Origin: Deinococcaceae bacterium
GTDB lineage: Bacteria > Deinococcota > Deinococci > Deinococcales > Trueperaceae
Length of the DNA: 25,952 nucleotides
Direction of reading: 5' to 3'
Assembly: GCA_040256005.1 (NCBI GenBank)
Contig: JBDZWC010000033.1
Location: 1-25,952 of the forward strand
Part shown: piece after piece, positions 1 to 7,379 of the stretch
Position numbering within the stretch: position 1 is the stretch's first letter
Layout of the letters: each line of letters opens with the position of its first letter
Position numbers and translations under genes: made by a program
The notes under the pieces: model-generated
Databases searched by the model: none
Told to the model about the DNA's origin: nothing
What the model saw: the letters and a program-made list of their open reading frames with translations, nothing else

Positions 1-39
1 CACGCACGATGGGCCGCGACATGCCGGCGAGTCTAACCG

Positions 40-1602
40 TCAGAAGAGGTTGTAGGCGCTTTTCGCCGCGACGGCAGCAACGCTAGAATCCAGCGCGCGA
101 ACGACGATGTAGTCGCCTGCGTAGACATTGAAGGTGTAGCCGGACGGGTACGGCCCATCGACATGCTGACCAAACTGGTTGTAGACGTCCACGACCATAT
201 CGATGGCACCAGAGACCTTGGCAAACGTTACGACGCCCCCGAACGCAACCTTCCAAATGTCCTCGTCGCCAATGAATTCAATGGCACCTTCCCCGTCGTC
301 GGTAACGATCGGGGCCGTCGACGTGTCATTGTTCGCCGGCTCAGTGTTGTCATCGAAGTCCCTGCCGAAGGCATAAAGGGCGACGGTACCGGACGAGCCG
401 TCGTTAGTGACTCTCACCACGTACTCGGAGCTAGGATTCTCTATCAGGATGCAGGACCCACCGCAGGCCCTGTGAACGCCGACCGCGCTTAAACCTACGG
501 CCGGAGCGGAGAACGACCCCAGCGATCCGGCAGCGAAGTAGTCGCGGCTGTGGCTGCTGTAGAGCACGGCACCGCCGGCCGAGGCGAGCACCTCGAGCCC
601 GGCGTCCTTCGTGATCTCGATCTGCAGGATGTCGCGGTTGCGGACCGTGCTCGGGACGGTGAGCACGAACACGGCCTGGCCGGATCCGCTGAGGTTCACG
701 CTGCCAACTGGGGTGGTGTCACTGGTGTTGGCGGTCACCTGCTGGCAACCCGGTGGTCGCGGGGCGCCCGAGAACGGGTCTACCGTGACGAAGTAGCGGC
801 TGCGGCCTGCGGTGGCAGCGACCTCGCCGGCGGCCCTGACCCTGACGGACTCACCCTGGTAGACGCTGAACGTCTCTCCACCCTGATAGGGCCCCGCTAC
901 CGCGAGACCGCAGGTGTCGTAGACGGAGACCTCGACCTCGATGCCGGTAGGCTCGCTGATGGTGACGTCGGCGTCGGTGGTCGCGGTCCAGTAGTCGACA
1001 TCACCCAGGAGCTCGAGCGCGCCGGACTCACCCTCGGCCAAGGGGACAGCGCCGCTGCGCAGGTCGTTGGCCGGCTCGTTCTGGTCGTCGAGGTCCCAGC
1101 CGTAGAGGTAGACCTGCGCCGACAGCTGAGACCCTCCTGTGTTCACGACGCGCAGGTAGAAGCTGCCGCCGGCCGGGTCGATCATGATGCACGGGCCCTG
1201 ACACTGCAGCGTCGGCTCCGTCACGGTCGCCGGAGCCGCCTCCTGCGTGGACGGGATGGCGGGCGGCACGGTGCCGAGGCGTCCCCGCACGAAGCGGTCG
1301 CGCGACACGCTGCTCGAGATGATGCCCCAGTAACCGCCGTTGCGTAGCTCGATCGCGGCGCTCTGGTCGGTCACGAGCTCGGCCACGATGACGTCGAAGC
1401 TCTGGGGCACGTTCCCGAGCACTAGGTTGAAGTTCGCGTCTTCGCCCGGCGCCAGGTCGACGGAGCCGGCTGGCGTCCCGCCGCCGTCGCTGGTGGCCGG
1501 CATGGGGTCGGACGGAGGGGGCGGAGGCGGCGGGTTGGAACAGGCCGCCAGCAGGATGGCCAGGACGGGAAGGATGCGCAGGACGTTGGCTTTCACGGTC
1601 AC
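40..1602 (-). CDS. Lipoprotein with two tandem ~230-aa repeats (each ending in a PPC-like beta-sandwich motif), function unknown
   Basis: 520-aa ORF; lipobox LLAA|C21 followed by a poly-Pro linker; internal duplication (GSVDL..CQGPCI..DQNEPAN..GALELLGDVDYW vs GSVNL..CGGSCI..DNTEPAN..GAIEFIGDEDIW). Start could be GTG 1602 or GTG 1596. Confidence 0.85.
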   Translation of the reverse strand: MTVKANVLRILPVLAILLAACSNPPPPPPPSDPMPATSDGGGTPAGSVDLAPGEDANFNLVLGNVPQSFDVIVAELVTDQSAAIELRNGGYWGIISSSVSRDRFVRGRLGTVPPAIPSTQEAAPATVTEPTLQCQGPCIMIDPAGGSFYLRVVNTGGSQLSAQVYLYGWDLDDQNEPANDLRSGAVPLAEGESGALELLGDVDYWTATTDADVTISEPTGIEVEVSVYDTCGLAVAGPYQGGETFSVYQGESVRVRAAGEVAATAGRSRYFVTVDPFSGAPRPPGCQQVTANTSDTTPVGSVNLSGSGQAVFVLTVPSTVRNRDILQIEITKDAGLEVLASAGGAVLYSSHSRDYFAAGSLGSFSAPAVGLSAVGVHRACGGSCILIENPSSEYVVRVTNDGSSGTVALYAFGRDFDDNTEPANNDTSTAPIVTDDGEGAIEFIGDEDIWKVAFGGVVTFAKVSGAIDMVVDVYNQFGQHVDGPYPSGYTFNVYAGDYIVVRALDSSVAAVAAKSAYNLF

Positions 1603-1631
1603 CTACCTTGCCCTCGAGACGAAAACGAGTA

Positions 1632-1666
1632 CCGGCCGCCGACGTTGGCAGAACGCCGGCGGCCGG
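1632..1666 (-). terminator. 15-bp stem-loop followed by UACUCGUUUUC; possible terminator/attenuator between the two lipoprotein genes
   Basis: Minus strand CCGGCCGCCGGCGTT-CTGCC-AACGTCGGCGGCCGG (one G-U pair), with a T-rich tract at 1631-1621. Confidence 0.5.
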
Positions 1667-1724
1667 AACCCTGTTGCCGACCCTAGTTCTCTACCGTACG
1701 TTCCACTCGCGATACGTCGAGAGG

Positions 1725-1733
1725 AAGGTAGCA
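1725..1733 (-). promoter_or_regulatory. Candidate extended -10 (TGcTACCTT) for the 520-aa lipoprotein gene
   Basis: Minus strand gtgcTACCTT, ~120 nt upstream of the start codon. Confidence 0.35.
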
Positions 1734-1752
1734 CGGCGAGCGTGCCGGTGCG

Positions 1753-1768
1753 GTTAACCGAACCTTGA
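1753..1768. promoter_or_regulatory. Direct repeat GTTAA-N6-CTTGA (11-bp period); candidate regulator site
   Basis: Same spacing and near-identical half-sites at 2695-2710 and 9592-9618. Confidence 0.4.
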
Positions 1769-1781
1769 GGTCAGTGCGTGA

Positions 1782-2606
1782 TCAGCGGTGCCCGAGCGCC
1801 TCCCTGCTCACGGTCGCCGGGAAGTTGCCGTGCTCCAGCGTGTACCCGCTCTGGCCCGCGATCGCCGCGCGGTTCGGGTCGACGGCGCGCACCCTGACGA
1901 ACTCGTCGTCGAACACCGTGACGGCCTCGCCCGGCGGCAGCTCGACCTGCACCTCGCCGAAGGAGTTGACTACGTGCGCTTCGGTCGGGAAGCCCTGCGG
2001 CGAGAAGATCACCTGCGCCGTGGCCGGGATGTCCCAGTAGTCCACGTCGCCCACGGTCTCGATGGCGCCCTTGTCGAAGCTGGCCGCCGGGATCGTGGGC
2101 GGCGCGATCAGGTCGAAGTTGTCGGGCTCGGTGGTGTCCCTGAAGCTGGTGCCGAACACGTCGAGGTCCGCTTGCACCGCCGCGCCCGAGTCGTTGGTGA
2201 CCTGCACGTAGAAGTCGCCGAACGGCCGGAAGACGATGCACGAGCCGTTGCAGGTACGCTCCTCGGTGATCGCGGCCGTGGCCAGGGAGGCGGGGCCCAG
2301 CCCGGCCGTGCCGCTGCCGAAGAACTCGCCGGAACGAGCGGTGAACTCGAGCTCCAGGGACTCGTTGCCCACCTCCAGCTTGAGGCCCCGGTCCAGCTCG
2401 ACCTGGATCAGGTCGAAGGCCAGGCTGGAGTGCACGAAGTAGAGCCGGCTCTCCCCGGGCTCGTAGAAGTGGGTGGCGCTCGAGCCCAGGCTGAGCTCCT
2501 CGTCTGGTTCCGGTGGCAACGGAGGCGTGGGGCCGCCGCCCGTCGTGCAGGCGGCGAGCAGGCCGCCCACGGCGAGCCCGACGATGATCAGGACGGTGCG
2601 CTTCAT
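1782..2606 (-). CDS. Lipoprotein with a single copy of the same ~230-aa domain (paralog of 40..1602)
   Basis: 274 aa; RBS AAGGAGG at 2617-2611; lipobox LLAA|C20; Pro-rich linker; motifs CNGSCI, DTTEPDN, GAIETVGDVDYW, VRVRA. Confidence 0.85.
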   Translation of the reverse strand: MKRTVLIIVGLAVGGLLAACTTGGGPTPPLPPEPDEELSLGSSATHFYEPGESRLYFVHSSLAFDLIQVELDRGLKLEVGNESLELEFTARSGEFFGSGTAGLGPASLATAAITEERTCNGSCIVFRPFGDFYVQVTNDSGAAVQADLDVFGTSFRDTTEPDNFDLIAPPTIPAASFDKGAIETVGDVDYWDIPATAQVIFSPQGFPTEAHVVNSFGEVQVELPPGEAVTVFDDEFVRVRAVDPNRAAIAGQSGYTLEHGNFPATVSREALGHR

Positions 2607-2694
2607 GTGACCTCCTTCGTCCCGCCATGCTCGCAGCGACCGTGTGAGGCACGTTGCGAAGCACGTGAGAGATGGCGGTCAGGGACGCATCCGC

Positions 2695-2710
2695 CTTAAC
2701 GGAGACCTAA
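2695..2710. promoter_or_regulatory. Direct repeat CTTAA-N6-CCTAA (11-bp period); candidate regulator site
   Basis: Intergenic, upstream of the 274-aa lipoprotein gene; matches the motif at 1753 and 9592. Confidence 0.4.
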
Positions 2711-2742
2711 CGAACCGCGCTGCCCTCGCCCGAAGCCGGCCC

Positions 2743-4353
2743 TTACTCGAGCACGACCAGGTACGGGTAGAGGTCGGGGCCACCGGCGTGGACCTCCACC
2801 TCGAGCTCGGGCAGTGCGGCGGCGATGCGGGCCACGACCGCCTCCACCTCCTCCTCCGAGACCGAGGAGGAGTGGAACAGGGTGGCGATGTCGCGGTCCA
2901 CCCCGTGCCGCGTCACCAGCTCGAGGAGCGCCTCGTCCGGGCTGGCGGCGGCCACCTCGAGCACGCCGTCCGCCAGGCCGATCGCCTGGCCCTCCTGGAC
3001 GTCGACTCCGTCCAACCTAGCATCGCGGCTGGCGCTGGTGACCTCCAGGGTCACGGTGTCGCGAGCGGCTTCCCGCATCTCCTCGAGCACCGCCTCTGGG
3101 TCCCCGTCCTCGGTGAAGGCCACGGCAGCCGCCAGGCCTTGACCCAGCGTGCGTGTCGGCAGCACCACGACGCGCTTGTCCCCCACGATCTCGTTGACGC
3201 GCTCCGCTGCCATGATCACGTTCTTGTTGTTGGGCATGACGATCACCGTCTGCGCCCCCACGCTGCGCACGGCGTCGCTCAGGTCCTCGACAGAAGGGTT
3301 GTCGGTCTGGCCGCCGCCCACCACCCTGACGCCGAGGCTCCTGAACGCGCGGGTGAGGCCGTAACCGCTCGCCACGGCGACCGCGGCCAGCGGCTGCCCT
3401 TCGTCCTCGCCCAGGTTCACGTCGGCGAGGATCTCCGAGTGCTGCTCGGACATGTCCTCGACCTTCGACCGGACCATCCGACCGTAGCGCCCCACCGTGG
3501 CGAGGAGCTTCTCGGGCTCCTGCGTGTGGATGTGGCCCTTGACGAAGCCCTCCGCGCCGACGACGAGGAGAGAGTCGCCGTACGGGGCCACGAGCTCCTG
3601 GATCTCCTTGGTGGGCACCTTGACGTCGGCCAGCAGGAACTCGGTGCAGAAGCCGAACTCCTCCTCCTCGAACTGCTGCTGGGCCCGTTTCTCGATCCTG
3701 GGAGGCGGCGGCAGGTCGCTCTTCTCGAAGTAGGCGATGAGCCCCTCGATCACCCGCAGGGCGCCCAGGCCGCCGGCGTCGACCACACCGGCCTGCTTGA
3801 GGATGGGCAGCTGCTCCGGTGTCTTCTCCAGCGCCTCGCGGCCGGCGTCGAGCGCCACCTTCATGACCTCGATGGGCGCGGCCCTGCGCGCCTCGTTCGC
3901 GGCCTCGGCGGCCTCCCTCACGACGGTCAGGATCGTGCCCTCGACCGGCCGCATGACGGCGGCGTAGGCGCTCTCCGAACCGGCGACGAGCGCCTCGGCG
4001 ATCTCCGGGCCACCCAGCGACTGGTGGTCCTTGACCGCCTCCGCGAAGCCCTTGAGGACCTGCGAGAGGATCACGCCCGAGTTGCCGCGGGCACCCAGGA
4101 GGGAGCCGTAGGAGAGGGCACGCGCGACGGTCTGCATGTTCACGGTGCGCAGCTCTGAGAGCTGGCGCCTGACCGACTGCATCGTGAGGTGCATGTTCGT
4201 GCCGGTGTCGCCGTCGGGCACCGGGTAGACGTTGAGGGCGTTGACCTCCTCGACGAACACGCCCAGCCACTGCGTGGCGAAGATGAAGGCGTGCGAGAGC
4301 TCGCGGGCCGCGACCCTGCCGGCGGGCTTGACGGCCTCCGCCACCTCAGGCAC
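2743..4353 (-). CDS. fakA: DAK2-domain protein, fatty acid kinase catalytic subunit FakA/YloV family
   Basis: Motifs LNVYPVPDGDTGTNM, GARGNSGVILSQ, PVEGTILTV, GVVDAGG, FGFCTEF, GHIHT, GGQTDNPS, PNNKN; directly downstream of an Asp23 gene as in yloU-yloV. Confidence 0.93.
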   Translation of the reverse strand: MPEVAEAVKPAGRVAARELSHAFIFATQWLGVFVEEVNALNVYPVPDGDTGTNMHLTMQSVRRQLSELRTVNMQTVARALSYGSLLGARGNSGVILSQVLKGFAEAVKDHQSLGGPEIAEALVAGSESAYAAVMRPVEGTILTVVREAAEAANEARRAAPIEVMKVALDAGREALEKTPEQLPILKQAGVVDAGGLGALRVIEGLIAYFEKSDLPPPPRIEKRAQQQFEEEEFGFCTEFLLADVKVPTKEIQELVAPYGDSLLVVGAEGFVKGHIHTQEPEKLLATVGRYGRMVRSKVEDMSEQHSEILADVNLGEDEGQPLAAVAVASGYGLTRAFRSLGVRVVGGGQTDNPSVEDLSDAVRSVGAQTVIVMPNNKNVIMAAERVNEIVGDKRVVVLPTRTLGQGLAAAVAFTEDGDPEAVLEEMREAARDTVTLEVTSASRDARLDGVDVQEGQAIGLADGVLEVAAASPDEALLELVTRHGVDRDIATLFHSSSVSEEEVEAVVARIAAALPELEVEVHAGGPDLYPYLVVLE

Positions 4354-4807
4354 GGCTAACCCCCGCCACGTGGACCCTCACCTTCTCCAACGACACGCCG
4401 GCGTAGGTCTTGGCCGCGTAGCGCACCCGCTCGCGCACCGAATCCGCTACGACGGGGATGTTGACGCCGTAGGCGACCACCACGTAGATGTCCACGTCGG
4501 CCATGTCCTGCTTCTCGCCCCGAGCTATCACGACGCCCTCGTCGACCTGGCGCGTGCCGAGGATGCGCCTGATGCCCTCGGTGAAAGTCGTCGGAGCCAT
4601 CCCGACGACCCCCGGCACCTCGTGCGCGGAGAGGCCCACGATCTTGGCGAGGGCGCCGTCGGTCACGACGATCTGGTCCTTCTTGCGGGGTCCCGCCGGC
4701 GTCTTGGCGGCGCGTCCCTTACCCTTCGGTGCGCCCTTGGCCGGCTTCTGCGCCGTCTTCGCGCTGGGCGCGACCTGCGCCCGGCTCTTGTCCTCTTTCG
4801 AGCTCAA
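4346..4807 (-). CDS. Asp23/Gls24 family protein (YloU-like) with a Lys/Ala/Pro-rich N-terminal extension
   Basis: LAKIVGLSAHEVPGVVGM, VDIYVVVAYGVNIPVVA, VRVHVAGV; TTG start with AGGGGAG RBS; overlaps the fakA start. Confidence 0.88.
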   Translation of the reverse strand: MSSKEDKSRAQVAPSAKTAQKPAKGAPKGKGRAAKTPAGPRKKDQIVVTDGALAKIVGLSAHEVPGVVGMAPTTFTEGIRRILGTRQVDEGVVIARGEKQDMADVDIYVVVAYGVNIPVVADSVRERVRYAAKTYAGVSLEKVRVHVAGVSRA

Positions 4808-4825
4808 CTCAAGCTCCCCTTCTGC

Positions 4826-5050
4826 TCACTCCATGCCGGCGAGGAAGCCGATGCGCCTGAGCGCCCTGATCAGGTCCATCACCGTCGCCTCGGTCGGGTC
4901 GTACTCGACGATCATCTTGGACCCGTCGCCGGGCATGACCTCGCTCACGCCCGCCACGGCCGCCAGCGCCGACCTCACCCGCTGCCTGGCCTCTTGCGTG
5001 TCCATGCCTCTCACCGCCACGACAGCGCGGTTGGTGCCGGGCGCGCTCAC
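4826..5050 (-). CDS. Small HMA/CopZ-fold-like protein lacking the CxxC motif
   Basis: GTG at 5050 overlaps the upstream stop (GTGA); pattern VAVRGMDTQEARQRVRSALAAVAGVSEV..IVEYDP..LIRALRRIGF follows the HMA consensus. Confidence 0.7.
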   Translation of the reverse strand: MSAPGTNRAVVAVRGMDTQEARQRVRSALAAVAGVSEVMPGDGSKMIVEYDPTEATVMDLIRALRRIGFLAGME

Positions 5051-5553
5051 GTCGCGGTCCGGCCAGCCCCCGCCGAACCGAGCCTGCGGGCGTACGTGAT
5101 CACGTCGACGGCCCCGAAGCCGGCACGTTCCAGGGCTGCCCTGCCGATAGGGTCGGCCGCAGGCACCTGGGCGCCCAGGCGGTACACGCCGGCGTCGTAG
5201 GCGCTCTTCACGACCGCCTCGGCCAACGCGGCCGCGACGTCGGCGGCGCCGGCGCCCGGTGACACGACGAGGCGTTCCAGGCGCAGCGACGGCTGCGCGC
5301 CCGTCCACGTCGTGTGCGCCAGGACGAAGCCGACGATGTCACCGCTCTCCACTTGCGCCACGAACGAATGACCGCTGCGCCCGAAGTAGTGCAGGCTGCC
5401 GCGGTTCACGTACGGCTCGAGCCCGAGGGCGGAGGCGTAGCGCCCATCCAGCCCCGACAGGGCGTCAACGTCGTCGGCCTCTGGTGGTCGCATGACGGCA
5501 GCGACCGCCACGTGGGCAACGTCGGCAACGTCGTCAACGGCGGCAGCGACCAT
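5047..5553 (-). CDS. DUF1999 family GNAT-fold protein (Deinococcus-Thermus)
   Basis: LHYFGRSGHSFVA, GFVLA, VVKSAYDAGVY, RRLGS motifs; TATACT 7 nt upstream of ATG 5553. Confidence 0.8.
   Translation of the reverse strand: MVAAAVDDVADVAHVAVAAVMRPPEADDVDALSGLDGRYASALGLEPYVNRGSLHYFGRSGHSFVAQVESGDIVGFVLAHTTWTGAQPSLRLERLVVSPGAGAADVAAALAEAVVKSAYDAGVYRLGAQVPAADPIGRAALERAGFGAVDVITYARRLGSAGAGRTAT
5497..5550. repeat. Six degenerate tandem 9-bp units (GGCAACGTC-like) in the 5' end of the DUF1999 gene
   Basis: ggcagcgac-cgccacgtg-ggcaacgtc-ggcaacgtc-gtcaacggc-ggcagcgac. Confidence 0.55.
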
Positions 5554-5560
5554 GAGGACG

Positions 5561-5566
5561 AGTATA
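5561..5566 (-). promoter_or_regulatory. -10 box TATACT, leaderless promoter of the DUF1999-HMA-asp23-fakA unit
   Basis: 7 nt before ATG 5553, no Shine-Dalgarno. Confidence 0.65.
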
Positions 5567-5595
5567 CGGGCCGGGGAGCGGCCACCGGCGCCGCC

Positions 5596-6396
5596 TCAGC
5601 GCAGCAGTAGCGCTACGCGCTGCTCGGAAGCCCGCTCGTCCCACGGCTCGTAGCCGGCCTCGACGAAGTAGAGACCCTGAGGTCCCACGTTGTGTCCGGC
5701 GCGCTTCCGGTCCCGCGAGGCGAGGACGTCGGCCACGTCGTCGGGAGCGAGCTTGCCCTTGCCCACCCACAGGAGCGTGCCGACGATGGTCCTGACCATG
5801 TTCCGCAGGAAGCCGTCGGCGGCGACATGGAGCCGCAGCTCGCCCGCCTCCTCCCGCAGGTCGCACAGGTACAGCTCGCGCTCCGTCGTCCTGGTCTCCT
5901 GTGTCGCGAAGGCCGCGAAGTCGTGGCGGCCCAACAGGTGCACGGTGGCCGCCCTCATGGCTGCCGTGTCGACCCGCCTGAACACTGGCAGCACCCTGTG
6001 CCTGTCTATGGCCAACCGCCGGGGATCGTCCCTGACCACGCGCAGGCGGTACAGGTACCGGCGGTACAGGCAGTGGAACTGGGCCTCGAAGCCGGGTGCG
6101 ACGGTCTCCACAGCCAGGACGACGACATCGCGCGGCAGGTGGGCGTTGATCGCGAGCCTCAGCCGCTCGTCCGGGATCGCGCCGGTCGTGTCGAAGTGCG
6201 CGACCATGGCCAGGGCGTGCACGCCGGCGTCGGTGCGTCCGGCGGCGTTCACGGTGCCGTGATGCCCGGGCAGGTTCGCCAGGGCGTCCTCGATGACCCC
6301 CTGCACGGTCCTCTCCCCCGCCGCCTGACGCTGCCATCCCTTGAACCCGGTGCCGTCGAACTCGAGAGTGAGCCTGACGCGCCTCGTCGCGCTCAA
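5596..6396 (-). CDS. truA: tRNA pseudouridine(38-40) synthase TruA
   Basis: LEFDGTGFKGWQRQ, catalytic AGRTDAGVHA, GRHDFAAF, GFLRNMVRTIVG, PQGLYF; TTG 6396 overlaps the PAP2 stop (TTGA). Confidence 0.95.
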   Translation of the reverse strand: MSATRRVRLTLEFDGTGFKGWQRQAAGERTVQGVIEDALANLPGHHGTVNAAGRTDAGVHALAMVAHFDTTGAIPDERLRLAINAHLPRDVVVLAVETVAPGFEAQFHCLYRRYLYRLRVVRDDPRRLAIDRHRVLPVFRRVDTAAMRAATVHLLGRHDFAAFATQETRTTERELYLCDLREEAGELRLHVAADGFLRNMVRTIVGTLLWVGKGKLAPDDVADVLASRDRKRAGHNVGPQGLYFVEAGYEPWDERASEQRVALLLR

Positions 6397-7289
6397 GCCG
6401 CCGTACCGCCCGAGGCTCGCACCTCCGCTGCCGGCCGTGCCGCCCCCGGCGTGAGGCGCAGCCCGCGCCCGAGCCACGGAACCAGCACCGTGCCGATACC
6501 GCCGATGACGAGGTACCTGAGGAAGGAACCGATCCCACTGCGCTTGACCTCCTCGGGCAGGAGCGCCGAGCTGCCCACGAGCGCTCCGAACACGAGCGCC
6601 AGGGCGAGAGCTGCCAGCAGGACCCGGCCGAGGACGGGGCCGGAGGTGTCGTGTCTCACGAGCTCGGGGCCCACCGCGAAGGCCGCGAACGCTCCCATCA
6701 GGAGCCCCGAGTCCTCGGTGGGGACGAGCAGGTGGAGAGCGAGGGGAACGAGGAGCCCCAGGACCACGGTCGTGGTCCGGCCGACCTTCACGCCCCGCCG
6801 CTGCAGGTAGAGACTCAGGCCCGCCACGGCGAGGCCGAACGCGAGGCCCCCCACGATGTCTATGGGCAGGTGCACGCCCAGGTAGACGCGCGACGCGGAC
6901 ACCAGTAGCACCACGGCCGCCGCCAGCAGGGTGAACCAGCTGCGCCGCACGTAGGCGGCGGCCAGGCTCCAGAAGGTCGCCGTACCCTGGGCGTGTCCCG
7001 ACGGGAAGCCGCTGCCCGGCGCCGTCGCCAACGCCGCCTCGGAGCGCGCCACCGTCGGGTCGATCTGGAACGGGCGTTGGGTGGAGAAGGCGGCTTTCAG
7101 GAGCTGGTTGAGGTAGAAGCCGGCCAGCAGGGTGAGGGCGAGGCTGCGCCCGCGCCGGGCGTCGACGGCGACGAAGGCCACCACGAGCAGCGCCACGTAC
7201 GCCTGCTCGGAGCCCAGTTGCGTGAAGACGAGCATGATCCTGTCGAGCGCCGGCGAGGCGGCGCCCTGCAGGGCATAGACGAGACCCAT
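6393..7289 (-). CDS. PAP2-family membrane phosphatase
   Basis: C1 KAAFSTQRP, C2 FPSGH, C3 SRVYLGVHLPID; many hydrophobic helices; TATCAT 7 nt upstream of ATG 7289. Confidence 0.9.
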   Translation of the reverse strand: MGLVYALQGAASPALDRIMLVFTQLGSEQAYVALLVVAFVAVDARRGRSLALTLLAGFYLNQLLKAAFSTQRPFQIDPTVARSEAALATAPGSGFPSGHAQGTATFWSLAAAYVRRSWFTLLAAAVVLLVSASRVYLGVHLPIDIVGGLAFGLAVAGLSLYLQRRGVKVGRTTTVVLGLLVPLALHLLVPTEDSGLLMGAFAAFAVGPELVRHDTSGPVLGRVLLAALALALVFGALVGSSALLPEEVKRSGIGSFLRYLVIGGIGTVLVPWLGRGLRLTPGAARPAAEVRASGGTAA

Positions 7290-7296
7290 GAGACAG

Positions 7297-7302
7297 ATGA
7301 TA
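7297..7302 (-). promoter_or_regulatory. -10 box TATCAT, leaderless promoter of PAP2-truA
   Basis: 7 nt before ATG 7289. Confidence 0.6.
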
Positions 7303-7379
7303 GCCACCCACGGGAGCGCCCCATAAGGGTCGTGTCCGGCATGGGCCGCGGCGCCCGACCATGAGAGAATCTGTGGGCC

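Noticed and set aside
40..530. Diversity-generating retroelement variable region as the cause of the atypical 3' end
   Set aside because: No reverse transcriptase or template repeat is visible, the segment is ~490 nt, and the shift is mainly at synonymous third positions
1751..1760. Perfect 10-bp palindrome CGGTTAACCG as an independent operator
   Set aside because: It overlaps one half-site of the 11-bp direct repeat and no second copy was noticed
2644..4158. Long antisense and alternate-frame ORFs (e.g. 2644..4158 +, 14521..15747 +, 21333..22499 +, 3017..4270 -)
   Set aside because: They shadow well-supported genes and have low-information or Arg/Gly/Pro-rich translations, a normal artefact of GC-rich codon usage
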